Below, piece by piece: positions 1 through 10,178 of a stretch of 25,430 nt of DNA. The position numbers were made by a program, and so were the translations under genes. The first letter of the stretch is position 1, and the number at the start of each line of letters is the position of its first letter. Origin of the DNA: Chiloscyllium plagiosum (taxonomy: Eukaryota). The notes under the pieces were generated by a model. The model searched no databases. It was not told the DNA's origin and was given only the letters and a program-made list of their open reading frames with translations. The DNA lies in NCBI RefSeq assembly GCF_004010195.1, contig NC_057718.1:19889880-19915309 (forward strand), given 5' to 3'.

Positions 1-294
1 AGGCCATTTGGCCCAACAAATCCACACACCAACCCTTCGAATAGTAACCCACCCAGACCCATTTCCATACATTTATCCCTGACGAATACACCTAACACTA
101 TGGGCAATTTAGCATGGCCAATTCACCTAACTTGCACATCTTTGGATTTTGGGATGAAATTGGAGCACCCGGAGGAAACCCATGCAGACACGGGAGAATA
201 TGCAAACTCCACACAGTCACCAGAAGTGGGAATCGAACCCAAGTCCCTGGCGCTGAGAGGCAGCAGTGCTAATCACTGAACTACCGTGCCACCC
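1..294 (-). mobile_element. HE1-type V-SINE (tRNA head + V domain), cut by the window edge
   Basis: Reverse complement reads GGGTGGCACGGTAGTTCAGTGATTAGCACTGCTGCCTCTCAGCGCCAGGGACTTGGGTTCGATTCCC...TGTGTGGAGTTTGCATATTCTCCCGTGTCTGCATGGGTTTCCTCCGGGTGCTCC. Homologous to the copies at 11419 and 13272. Confidence 0.88.
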
Positions 295-354
295 CAAAGT
301 GGGAATAAGCTGAATGGCTCCTTAAGAGCTGGCATAGACATAAGTCAAATGGTC

Positions 355-562
355 AATAAAGCATGGAGTTGGAAAAAGGACAGCAGGTCAGGCAGCATCC
401 AAGGAGTAAGAGAGTCGACATTTCAGGAATAACCCTTTTTTTAGGGGCTGAAGAAGGGTTATGTCCAAAACTCCTTGGATGCTGCCTTACCTGCTGTGCT
501 TTTTCCAGTGCCATGCTTTATCAATGCTGACTTGCCACCATCTGCAGTCCTCACTTTCACCT
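355..562. mobile_element. Palindromic Penelope-like (pLTR-derived) short insertion with a decayed hammerhead core, nested in a CR1-like 3' tail
   Basis: Inverted arms (cagcaggtcaggcagcatccaaggag / ctccttggatgctgccttacctgctg). Core remnant CTGAAGA-AGGG-TTAT-GTCC-AAAAC at 448-471. Flanked by ATAAGTCAAATGGTC (340-354) and ATAAGTCAATGGTC (563-576). Confidence 0.7.
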
Positions 563-800
563 ATAAGTCAATGGTCTCCTTCCATGCTGCAAATTTCCAT
601 GATTCTGTAATCTGTAGTTGACTAATAGCAAGTTGAGAGGAATCTGAGATACAGAAACAAAAATAAAGATATACAAACACAAAGAGAGATAAGAGGAGAC
701 TACAACGAAACATAGAACTATAGGAAAAAGGGTAAATAAATAGCAAATAGGACAGAAACGTCAAGGGGAAAAAGCTTAGTGGGGGTGTCAACAAATATTC

Positions 801-1011
801 CAGTAGAGTTGGATCTGCTATAACATTGCAGTCCTATTTTCATGCAATCCTGCGCTATAAGAAAATCGTATAATAACAGCATCATCTAACCTAATGGGGA
901 CGGAATTGCGATACAACTGTTACATGCTCTAGAAACAGTGTCCCCAGTTCGTCAATTACATTATTGTGAATTTGCATTAATGAAGCATGCGTTATAGCAG
1001 AACTACCTGTA
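801..1011. mobile_element. Degenerate Tc1/mariner-Tigger-like MITE
   Basis: Right end GCGTTATAGCAGAACTACCTG+TA. Left end shares the inverted TCTGCTATAAC (814-824 vs 991-1001). Confidence 0.5.
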
Positions 1012-1431
1012 TTACGCTGATGGAAGATTACAATATACACTATCAGCCATAACATAGCAGTGATGATACATGCAAAATAATAATTCTGAAGTCAAAAACT
1101 AACAAGGGTCTGTGTCCAGCAATTAAGAGTGGTAACAATATGTTACTGTTTATAGTGTTACTCCCAATCACACGTCAATCTGATGGGCTGCATTTATTAT
1201 TCAAAGCAAATTTGCAACCTTGTGATTCCAAAGATAGTGTTACTACTGGATTAACTAAACCAGACTGATTCACGGACTTCAGAAGAGGAAATCACAATAA
1301 AAGGAAAAACAAAACTCCTAAAAAAAGTGACAAAATAGTTTAAGCATTTGATATTTGTATCATAATTCAAGGTGTTTTGAGTTGCTGTTTTAAATGTTAT
1401 AAACATGAAACATAAAGCCAATATTAGAGCC

Positions 1432-1545
1432 CTCTTCTGGCACAGTGGTAGTATCCCTGCCCTGGAACAGCGAGATCAAGTTTCAAGTCCCATCTACTCT
1501 AGAGGTGTGTAATAACATTTATGAACAGTTTGATTTAAAATACAG
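1432..1545 (+). mobile_element. Short (~110 bp) tRNA-derived SINE
   Basis: A-box-like TGGCACAGTGGT, B-box-like GTTTCAAGTCCC, tail GGTGTGTAATAACATTTATGAACAGTTTGATTTAAAATA. Homologous to the copies at 23885-24946. Confidence 0.55.
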
Positions 1546-1899
1546 GTAAAAAGCCAATTTTCATGAAGACAGTGCTTTGCTTTTTTTTCCTAAAAGATTT
1601 ACACCAGCTATTTGGACTTTGAAATAAAAGTAAATTCTAAATTTGTGCAGAGCACCAAATCTGAGGGAATAGTCCAAGTAGAACCGCAAAAATTTACAAG
1701 ACAACAATAAACTTACAGGCTTGGCAAACTAGTTTCAATACAGCAAGTGACGACATATCAGGTTTTGATAAGATAAGTGAGGATCTGAATGGAAAAGAAT
1801 AGCAAAGGGTTCTGAAAACAGAAAATATGAATAATGAAATAGTAACATGGGTTAAACAAGACAACAATCATGAAACAAGACAAGCCCAAACCCAAGCAA

Positions 1900-2425
1900 C
1901 TATTTCCAGAGGGATAGAATTGAAAAGTTATGCCAAGGTCATATGGAACCTTGGTTAAAACACACTTGGGAGTAATGTGCAGAGTTTTAGTCACCATATT
2001 ATAAAAAAAATTAGAATGCAAAAAGGATTTACAAGTATGACAGTAGAACTACGAGTTTCTATTTGACAGATGGTGTCTAATTTCTCATGGAGAAAGCTTT
2101 GGGACAATCTAAAAGAAATCTTTGCTAGTTTGCATCTATTTCCACTTGAGAATTAAAGCTGCAGGCCTTCATTATAAAATAATCATCGAGAAATCAAGCA
2201 GCCAATTCAGAAGAAAAATCTTTACCCAGAAAATAGTAAAAATATGGACCTCATTAGCAATGGCAGTACTTCAGATGAATCATATTGATGCATTTCAGGG
2301 GATGCAAGTATCTGAGGGAGAAACGAATATAGGATTATGCAGATAGGGTTGAAGCATAACACAAATTCTAGTGTGAACTGACTGGATGAATTGGCCAGTT
2401 TCAGTGCTGTACATTGTGTATATTT
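1900..2425 (+). mobile_element. Decayed CR1-like LINE 3' fragment (RT C-terminus + tail)
   Basis: ttggttaaaacacacttgggagtaatgtgcagagttttagtcaccatattata resembles LVRPHLEYCVQFWSPHY; gcaaaaaggatttacaagtatg resembles QxRFTRM; ends in a ccagtttcagtgctgta tail. Confidence 0.6.
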
Positions 2426-2958
2426 TCTTTTATGCAATATAAACTGCTGCTCCCTTTTAGTGTAATGCCCAAGTTTTCCACTTAAGTAAATTTATCCCAC
2501 AAGTAAACTTATCCTACATATTGACTTTAAGGCAGCTTTAGCGTACAATCTATTGTGGCCATAAGCATTAGCTGATTCCCCAATTGTACTAATTTAATAG
2601 TTTGTGACATCATCTTCAGAATTCCCCTATGCAATTCTTTTTTAAAATGCAAAGTCAACCGAAAATTGAGTTGTGAAATTCCACATTTGTGCATTCAGGA
2701 AACATGATTTATGCCATCATGATATAACAAAGTAAGACACTCTGAAGCCAACACACCATCTGCTTAAGGATACTGACTGAATCAAAGCCACTCTTTAAAT
2801 AAGAACAAGCTCCTTAATAGGTAAAGAACCTTAAACAGAAGTGGATTACTGAATACCCAGCTAATGCACAAACATCATTAATATTAATTAGGTATCAGGA
2901 TTTCTTGACATATCCTTCACGAACTACCACTAAACCCCAGCCCCGAAAACCTCTTTAC

Positions 2959-3139
2959 AATGGGCAAACCTCATCACAAACAAGCAGTTGCTCAACTGAG
3001 CTTACACAAGGGCCAACTCTTCAGTGAGATCAAGTTCCAGATATTCATCTTCAGATTGACCTTCCAGATTCTTAAATTTACATGCACTTCATAATAAGAT
3101 CCCTTCAGAAGGTAGCAACCATGTGAATAAGCCATGTTT
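2959..3139 (+). repeat. 181-bp direct repeat, copy 1 (copy 2 at 4499-4679)
   Basis: Ungapped alignment at offset 1540 with 13 mismatches in 181 nt, counted by hand. Confidence 0.95.
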
Positions 3140-3149
3140 TTTAAATTAT

Positions 3150-3475
3150 TAATGGGAAGAGTATTACTGGTGAGGTCAGCATTTATCACCCATCCCGAAT
3201 TGACCAGAGGACAGTTAAGAGTTAAACATATTACTGTGGGTCTGGAAACAGATAGGCCAGACCAGGTAAGGAAGGCAGATTTCCTTCCCTAAAATGACAT
3301 TAATGAATCAGATGGGTCTTCACACTGACAATGGCTACATGGTCACCATGAGAGCAGATATTTATTGAATTCAAATTTCACCATCTGCCATAGTGGGATT
3401 TGAACTCATGCCCCCGAAATATTAGCCTGGAGGTCTGAATTACCCGTTCACTAACACTAGCACTACACCACTATT
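3150..3475 (-). mobile_element. tRNA-derived SINE, second family (tail GGGATGGGCAATAAATGCTGGCC type)
   Basis: Shares GACCAGGTAAG..GGCAGATTTCCTTCCCTAAA and GGGATTTGAAC (B box on the minus strand) with the copies at 10785, 12367 and 24088. Confidence 0.75.
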
Positions 3476-3825
3476 TCCCTCATGATTATCAATTTAACAA
3501 AGGATTTTAAGTTTGGTTACTACTTTTGCTATTAAATGCACCATCACAAGCCACATGCTTGACCTGATGTGTCCATTTCATGCTCCTAGGCAAAGAACTA
3601 GTGGATATTTTAACATTAAAACATTTTAAAATCGCAAATCCTGTTTTGGATATGCAACAAACTTCTCATTGCTTTCTCATACAAGGTCTCACATATGTCA
3701 CGGATAATGCTCCCCTGAGACACTCATCTCTGACCAGGGATAACAGCACAAAATTGATCCATCCACTGTGCACTTTGTTTATTTGCAGACACACTGCCAA
3801 CATTGTGCTTTGCAATACAATAGCA

Positions 3826-3831
3826 TTTATT
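3826..3831 (-). promoter_or_regulatory. Candidate distal polyadenylation signal AATAAA
   Basis: Minus strand reads TTTTGTACATGATGTAGATTATCAAATGTTTTTAATAAATGCTATTG, with two upstream UGUA motifs and downstream GU-rich TGTTGGCAGTGTGTC. A second AATAAA lies at 3783-3778. Confidence 0.45.
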
Positions 3832-4498
3832 AAAAACATTTGATAATCTACATCATGTACAAAAGTGTAGTATTGAGTAGGCAACTACAGAAGTAGTCAA
3901 AATGTAGAATACCAATTTTTCTGACATTTTCAATACTGAAGAAATTCTCAATATTATAGATGCAAGATCATTGCTATTTTTCAAATAATTCCTTTTTCAT
4001 GTTATTTATCTGTACATCCCACTTTAATTTGTGCTGTTAATCTATCATGCAATAGGAGGGAAACTTATAAATCCCTCACACTAGCCATATGAAACTCACT
4101 CCACCATCTAATTAGAAATTTAAAGCCAGTCCAACAACAGTAAGAGTGCAAGTGTAGACTGGCAACTGCCAGTGCAGCAATGCCCTTGTGTGACAATATC
4201 TTGCGTATCATTCAACTTGTATTTTGAATGAATCATAGTGGAAATTACTGGTTCAAGTGTAGAATGCGTCATTACATCCAATCAAATGGGAGACTCGGGT
4301 GAACCCCTTTTGCACTGTATAAAACCCAACTGCCTTTAAAGATTAGAAGGAACCAAGCTGATTAAACTCGGTCCTTGATAGCATGTAGACTTCAACAGTT
4401 AAACTGGACCCAGGCTAATGACTGGGCAAAGAGACTCATGTCAAATAGAGCACAACTTCTCTGTCCTTGATATCACTAATTGTTATGCTCTGCAACAA

Positions 4499-4679
4499 AA
4501 TGGGCAAACCTCATCACAAACAAGCAGTTGTTCAACTGAGCTTATACAAGGGCCAACTCCTAAGTGAGATCAAGTTCCAGATATTCACCTTCAGATCGAC
4601 TTTCCAGATTCTTCAATTTGCATGCACTTCATAACAAGATCTGTTCGGAAGGTAGCAACCATGTGAATAAGCCATGTTT
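4499..4679 (+). repeat. 181-bp direct repeat, copy 2 (copy 1 at 2959-3139)
   Basis: AATGGGCAAACCTCATCACAAACAAGCAGTTG...GGTAGCAACCATGTGAATAAGCCATGTTT is shared with copy 1. Confidence 0.95.
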
Positions 4680-5899
4680 ATTTTTAATGACCTACCCCAG
4701 TTTCTATGTACATCAGGCACCATTATTTGCTGCCTGTGATGGAGTCAAATGAATATAATGGACTGTGTCTTCTTAGTGTATGCACTCAAACCAGCCTGCA
4801 CTAGTGTTCTGTAGAGTTTCATATAATGTGATGGTAAGCCACATAAGCTGTCTTCCAGGATACAGACAACTGTAAGATCCAAATTCAATGATAAAACAGA
4901 TAATCTTCAGAAAACACGAGTGGGTAAACTGAAATCATATTTGAACACATACAGGATATGATCAGCAATAACGTAAAGACACAGAATACATCTGCCTCAT
5001 TCTCTGTTGGGATAATGAACTTTAAAGTCAGTATTTAGGAATATTAAGCAATTTTAAATCTTTCCAAAAACATTAACTGTTCAAATCATGTGAGAAATAT
5101 CTCAGTTTCAATGGACAGCTTAGCTTAGCAATCCAGTTCTGCTTAGCCACTGATTTGGCGGTAATAATGTTTGTGACTTATTCAGTCAGCTTACTTAATG
5201 TAGGTTTGATTTCAGGAACTTCTGGAAATCTGTCTGGTCTTCTCTTTCTCTAAGCAAGATTTTGTTGTTAAGAAGCCTTAATGTTACTGTAGATTAAAGT
5301 AATGTTGATGATCTACCATGCATTTTTTGGGCTCTTTGAAATAAATTGATTGCTCAACCTGGATGCTCATGTAGCCTAACAATCTTTAGAATAAACACTG
5401 AATAATTATAGCCATGTGCTTGATTTATAAAAGTGAAAAGATATAAATTGGTAGTTGACAAAATAGTGTCAAGTAGTCAATAGTTAGGTACTAGTACAAT
5501 GAACTTGCAGCAATACATTCAAACTTATGGGCCAAGTATTATTACAATAACTAACATTCTTTTTGCCTGCCTACCAATGACAACTGCACAAAGTCTACTT
5601 CATTAATTAGCACCTCTGACATTTATCAATCAGCTTTAAAACCAAGCCTGTCAGACCTCTGGGAAGTCTGAAGCCAGCCAGCAGAAAATGCACAAGAACC
5701 ACCCAGAACAATCTGCTCAATTTCACATGAAGCTGTGCACATGTACCTACATCCTACCACACTTGAAAGAATAGCGACACGCACCCATTGCCTCAAAACA
5801 ACTAAAATCAATTATTTGCCCTCAAGTTGTTACTGTAAGGCTATATATTCAAGTGTAATAAAATTTGATTCTTGCAGTGTTTCATAACGCCAGAGGCCA

Positions 5900-6558
5900 A
5901 TATGCATTTATGTGAACCAAAGCAGTTATATTTATTAAAAATGTATTTAAGACTCATCATAAAAACGTTCATGAATTCAGTAATTAACAGTACTGTTAAC
6001 GTACCAGTAATCAATCGTAGCTGTATAGCATGTTCATTCATCTTTTATTGAAGTTACAGGAGTTTGTAGAAATTTACTATGAGCAATGAATATGGCCAAA
6101 CATCGTTTTGGAGGGAGAGATGAGAAGGGGAATGGGGTAGGGGCTATCAACCTAAGATCTGTATTTTTAAATAAGCGAAGTACCTATAAGGATGACAATA
6201 TATTCCTGGTTACAACTGTCCTCTAATGGTCAAATCTGAAAGATTAACATTCGGTAAACATTCTAATGTATTTCCCTTATATCAGTGATTTATCCGTTTC
6301 TCATCAGTGTATACATGAACAATTTGTTTCAAACATACCATGTAGTGGTTATGTCACAATCGAAAAATAAAAGCACAAAAAAGTTTACACTCTTTTACAG
6401 GTAAATAAAAGATCATATTGATTTAAACAGTTTTACCTTTAAGGGCATAGCATAGTTCAATTTTATTACCTATTACATAATTAGCTTCTTACATACAAAT
6501 ATTGACAAAGTTTGGCTTGTGCTCCAAAGCCGAGTCTTTCAAGTCCACGCAATGCAGA
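5900..6558 (-). other. BIRC6: BIRC6 3' UTR, proximal part (end not determined; may extend to about 3800)
   Basis: Follows the stop codon directly. AU-rich with no recognisable repeats. Minus-strand AATAAA at 6467-6462, 6049-6044 and 5936-5931. Confidence 0.8.
6044..6049 (-). promoter_or_regulatory. Candidate polyadenylation signal AATAAA (proximal)
   Basis: Minus strand reads CTTCAATAAAAG, about 510 nt after the stop codon. Confidence 0.55.
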
Positions 6559-6744
6559 TCATAATTTGACATCATTAGGGGAGTGGTCTCTGCTGCTGCT
6601 GGGCTTTTCTTCGCCCTCTGATATAGGTTCTGTTTCACCCGTTGCAGCATCTTCAGTTTTCTCCACTGCCTCATCACACTCCGGCTCAAGACCCTCCGGG
6701 CAGGGAAGTTTCAGCAACTCTTCACGTAGCTGAGCAGTATGGCG
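6559..6744 (-). CDS. BIRC6: BIRC6 last coding exon: RHTAQLREELLKLPCPEGLEPECDEAVEKTEDAATGETEPISEGEEKPSSSRDHSPNDVKL*
   Basis: 186 nt including TGA at 6561-6559. Acceptor attatctttcag|CGC. RHTAQLREELLKLPCPEGL matches BIRC6, followed by a more divergent acidic tail. Confidence 0.96.
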   Translation of the reverse strand, partial: RHTAQLREELLKLPCPEGLEPECDEAVEKTEDAATGETEPISEGEEKPSSSRDHSPNDVKL

Positions 6745-6959
6745 CTGAAAGATAATTAGATAGCACTTAGCATGCGATGTCTGTTTAGTGGGTTTTACAT
6801 TCATTCTACACCATTCTTCTCATAAAAACTAAATGTTTAATATAATTCTGAAACCGTACTGACAAAATGAGGACAGCTCGGTCAAAAATGTAGCCCATTC
6901 CCCTTCTTCGTTTGAAAGAAGCAGAAGTCTAAGTAAAGATCAGTATTGATCATAATCAG

Positions 6960-7163
6960 AGTTAAAAATCACACAACACCAGGTTATAGTCCAACAGGTT
7001 TAATTGGAAGCACACTAGCTTTCGGAGCGACGCTCCTTCATCAGGTGAAGGAGCATCGCTCTGAAAGCTAGTGTGCTTCCAATTAAACCTGTTGGACTAT
7101 AGCCAGGTGTTGTGTGATTTTAAACTTTGTACACCCCAGTCCAACACCGGCATCTCCGAATCA
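6960..7163. mobile_element. Palindromic Penelope-like short insertion with 13-bp TSD
   Basis: 81-bp inverted arms 6960-7040 and 7046-7126 (5 mismatches), a 5-nt spacer and a 37-nt tail. TGATCATAATCAG is duplicated at 6947-6959 and 7164-7176. Confidence 0.85.
7013..7047 (-). ncRNA. Minimal type-I hammerhead ribozyme motif
   Basis: Minus strand reads CAC-CUGAUGA-A-GGAGC-GUC-GCUCC-GAAA-GCUA-GUG: complete core, 5-bp stem II, palindromic AGCU stem III, and CAC/GUG stem I. Confidence 0.75.
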
Positions 7164-7639
7164 TGATCATAATCAGGATTACAACGACAATGTGGAATAC
7201 TATGAAACCAATTGGAGAGAATTTATGTTGCATTATAGATATGCATCAGTTGTCTCCTGTTGCTAAACCAACTTGCCAATTTTGTAAAATTCTACAATTC
7301 TTTTAAAAAAATCAATCCATCAGTTCCCTTGCCACTCAAGCTACAATCCTCCTCCTTCGCCTGTCCTATCAGTTCACAATACTGCTCTTCACCATGAAAC
7401 CCCTCACTACAGGTTCACGTTGCCTCCCTGCTCTTATTATGTTTACTTTCCTATCCTATCCTTACCCAATGCCAATTACACTTCCCTGATTTCTTCTATT
7501 CCTAGTTCACCCGGACAATTTTTATTCACAAATCTCTAAAGTTGCAGCTTAGCGAGCACAATTAATTTTTAGTGTTACATTTTTATTGTTGAAGCTGTAT
7601 ACTGTGTGAACAATCAGAAGTGTTACAGGACAGATGCTG

Positions 7640-8000
7640 TGATGATTAGTACCTGCTGAATCAAGTGAACAGCCTCAGAATTAAATGTGCAATATGTCTT
7701 ATCCTACACCCAGCACCAATCAAATAATGCAAACCTTGACCAATTTCCCATCACCGTTCCCAAATCGACTTGACAATATTGTCATAGCATTAAGGACTGC
7801 AAAGTAGGACCCCAGCACTGATCTCGGTGGAACTCCATTCACTACATCTCAGGATGCAGCTACTCAAAAAAAAAAGGCTCCATTCATCCTTACTCTTCTA
7901 TTAGCTAGCCATATCCTTTATCCATATTAATAAGTTAAGCCCCAACCTACCCGCTTTTATTTGATAATAACTTTTAATATGGCACCTTATCATTAAAGGA
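7640..8000 (-). mobile_element. Decayed CR1-like LINE RT fragment
   Basis: ggaccccagcactgatctcggtggaactcca is the reverse complement of a GVPQGSVLGP-like motif. Heavily degenerate. Confidence 0.5.
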
Positions 8001-8639
8001 TGGCAGGTTTATTGTATCATTAAGGTTTGAAGTTCAGCTTTAAGTGAAAATGAAGAAAAGCATTAAGCAAAAAACAAAATTAAGAAAATACTGAATTAGC
8101 TAATTAGTTTGTGGCATGATTGACAGATAAGTAGGGCATAAAATGTGGCTGGCAGGTGCAGGGCACAGGCAGAGTTCAAAAGGTAATGTCAAGAATTAAA
8201 AAGGGAAGGTGATTAGCAAGTATTTGGTAAGAAATTCTACATTCTACTTTCCAGTCTCCAGTTTATAACAGTCTGTAAAGTGAGGTAGGGTAACTCGGTC
8301 ACATGGAAATGCATCCAGTGGCATGTGGGATGTTGCATATGTTTTGCATGGCTTAGACATCCAAGTTTCAGGACGTGTCACCATCTGCAGAAACTGAAGT
8401 ACCAGGTCTCAGAACTTAAGCAACTGCTTGAGTCATGTGGAACATCTGCTACGTTGAAAACTACATGGATAGTACATTCAGAGTGTGGGCATGCTACAAA
8501 ATAACACTGATCTTAATAGGGAGAAGGAGAAGGAGATGGCTTATAAAGTTGCCATAAAGAAACCAGCAGCTAGAACACTAGGTGTGTTTTAAAATATAAT
8601 TAAAGAGGAACGAGAAACTGAAGAGGAAAAGGGAATAGC

Positions 8640-9090
8640 ACACTGAAGTAAACAGGTGGAAATAAATAAAAGGACAACTGCAAAAAGTTTCAATGTATAT
8701 TAATAAGAAAGGAATAGCAAAGAATTTTTTTTAAAAATACAGTGTCTATCTTTAGAGGGAATTACAAAAAGCCTACTAGAAGTACTAGGGAACCAAGGGA
8801 CTAGCAAGAACGACAAACTAAAAGAAATTAGTGTTAATGAAGACGTAGCAGTGGGAAAATTAATGGGACTGAAAATTGGTAAATCCTGAATGTTCCGAGA
8901 GTGTTGATAGAGCTGGCTATAGAAACAGTAGATGCATTGATCATCTTTCAGAATTCTGTACATTCTGGAACAGTTCCTGCAGATTACAAAGTAGTAAATG
9001 CTTCTATTTAAGAAAGAGGAAAGAGCAAACTCAGAACTGCACACTTGTAATAGAGAAAACTCTGGAAATTAATTATAAAGAATGTGACAG
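8640..9090 (+). mobile_element. CR1-like LINE ORF2 remnant
   Basis: Translates, across stops and frameshifts, as KLKEISVNEDVAVGKLMGLKIGKS, RVLIELAIETVDAL and IFQNSVHSGTVPADYKVVN, typical of the CR1 region before the RT core. Confidence 0.75.
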
Positions 9091-9257
9091 TTGGATAGCT
9101 AGAAAATCGGAAGGTGCTACTGAAGGAGATCTGATAATCATGACAATACTGTAGGTGTAATCTTAACATATGGACTGAAGTAGTTCAAGGCAGCAACTGA
9201 CTGTCATTTTTCAAGACTAATTAGGGATGGACAATAAACGGTGACCTGGATATACAG

Positions 9258-9930
9258 TCATAGAATCAGAGTTATACAACAGGGAAACAGACCTTTTGGT
9301 CTAACTCGTCCATGCCACCAGATATCCTAAACCGATCTGGTCCCATTTGCCCATATCCCTCTATTCCCTTCTATTCATGTACCCATCCAAATTCCTTTTA
9401 ATTGTTGTAATTTTACCTGCCTCTCGCACTTCCTCGGACAGCTCGTTCCATACATGCATACCCCTTTGTGTGAAAAAGTTGCCCCTCAAGGTCCCTTTTA
9501 AATTTTTCCTCTCACCTTAAATCTGTCCTCTCGCTTTGGACTCCCCTACCCTGGGAAAAAGACTTTGACTATTCATCCTATCCATGCCCCTCATGATTTT
9601 ATAAACTTCTATAGGTCACCCTGTGGCCTCCAGCACTCCATGGGGAAAAGCTCAAGCCTATTCAGCCTCTCCCTACAGCTCAAAACTTGCAATCCCAGCA
9701 GCATCCTTGTAAATCTTTTCTGAATCCTTTCAGGTTTAACAGTATCTTTCCCACAGCTGGTCACAGGCCTCCAGTCCGAAAAACAATCGTCCACTATCAC
9801 CCTCTGCTTCCCATCTTCAAGCCAATTTTATATCCAATTGGTTAGCTCCCCCGGATTCCATGTAATCGAACTTTGCTAACCAATCTACCATGTGGAACCT
9901 TGTCAAACGCCTTGCTGAAGTCCATATGGA
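9258..9930 (-). mobile_element. CR1/HER1-like LINE 3' fragment with internal deletion
   Basis: ORF 9609-9800 reads FSDWRPVTS..ERIQKRFTRMLLGLQVLSCRERLNRLELF. DFSKAFDKVPH motif near 9920-9890. Tail ending TATAACTCTGATTCTATGAC. Confidence 0.85.
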
Positions 9931-10043
9931 AGTCTTTGTTGAAGATTCCCATATCCCAAGAATGAGTAGAAAACAAAATGGTGCACTGAATATAAGGGAG
10001 GAAATGCTTTGCTAAATCCTGTAATCGGTTTTCTCAGCCCTAC

Positions 10044-10178
10044 CTTCAAAGCAGCTGCGTGATGAGACATGGTTCTGCCGACCCTCTTGTCACTGCTATA
10101 CTGCTGGATATCCGCAATCCACTCTTCACACTGGGCCATGACCTCTGTTCTCTTCAAGTAAAAATGTTTGTGTATGAC
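10044..10178 (-). CDS. BIRC6: BIRC6 penultimate coding exon: VIHKHFYLKRTEVMAQCEEWIADIQQYSSDKRVGRTMSHHAAALK
   Basis: 135 nt / 45 codons. Acceptor ttttggttctag|GTC, donor AAG|gtaggg. Matches the recalled BIRC6 C-terminal region. Confidence 0.96.

Noticed and set aside
6489..6733. Overlapping ORFs 6489-6689 (-) and 6512-6733 (+)
   Set aside because: These are shadow frames of the real last exon with no independent coding signal.
9903..10043. ORF read-through past the exon donor (VGLRKPITGF...QQGV) as an alternative C-terminus
   Set aside because: It begins at a GT donor where BIRC6 similarity ends and runs into a LINE remnant. There is no evidence of intron retention.
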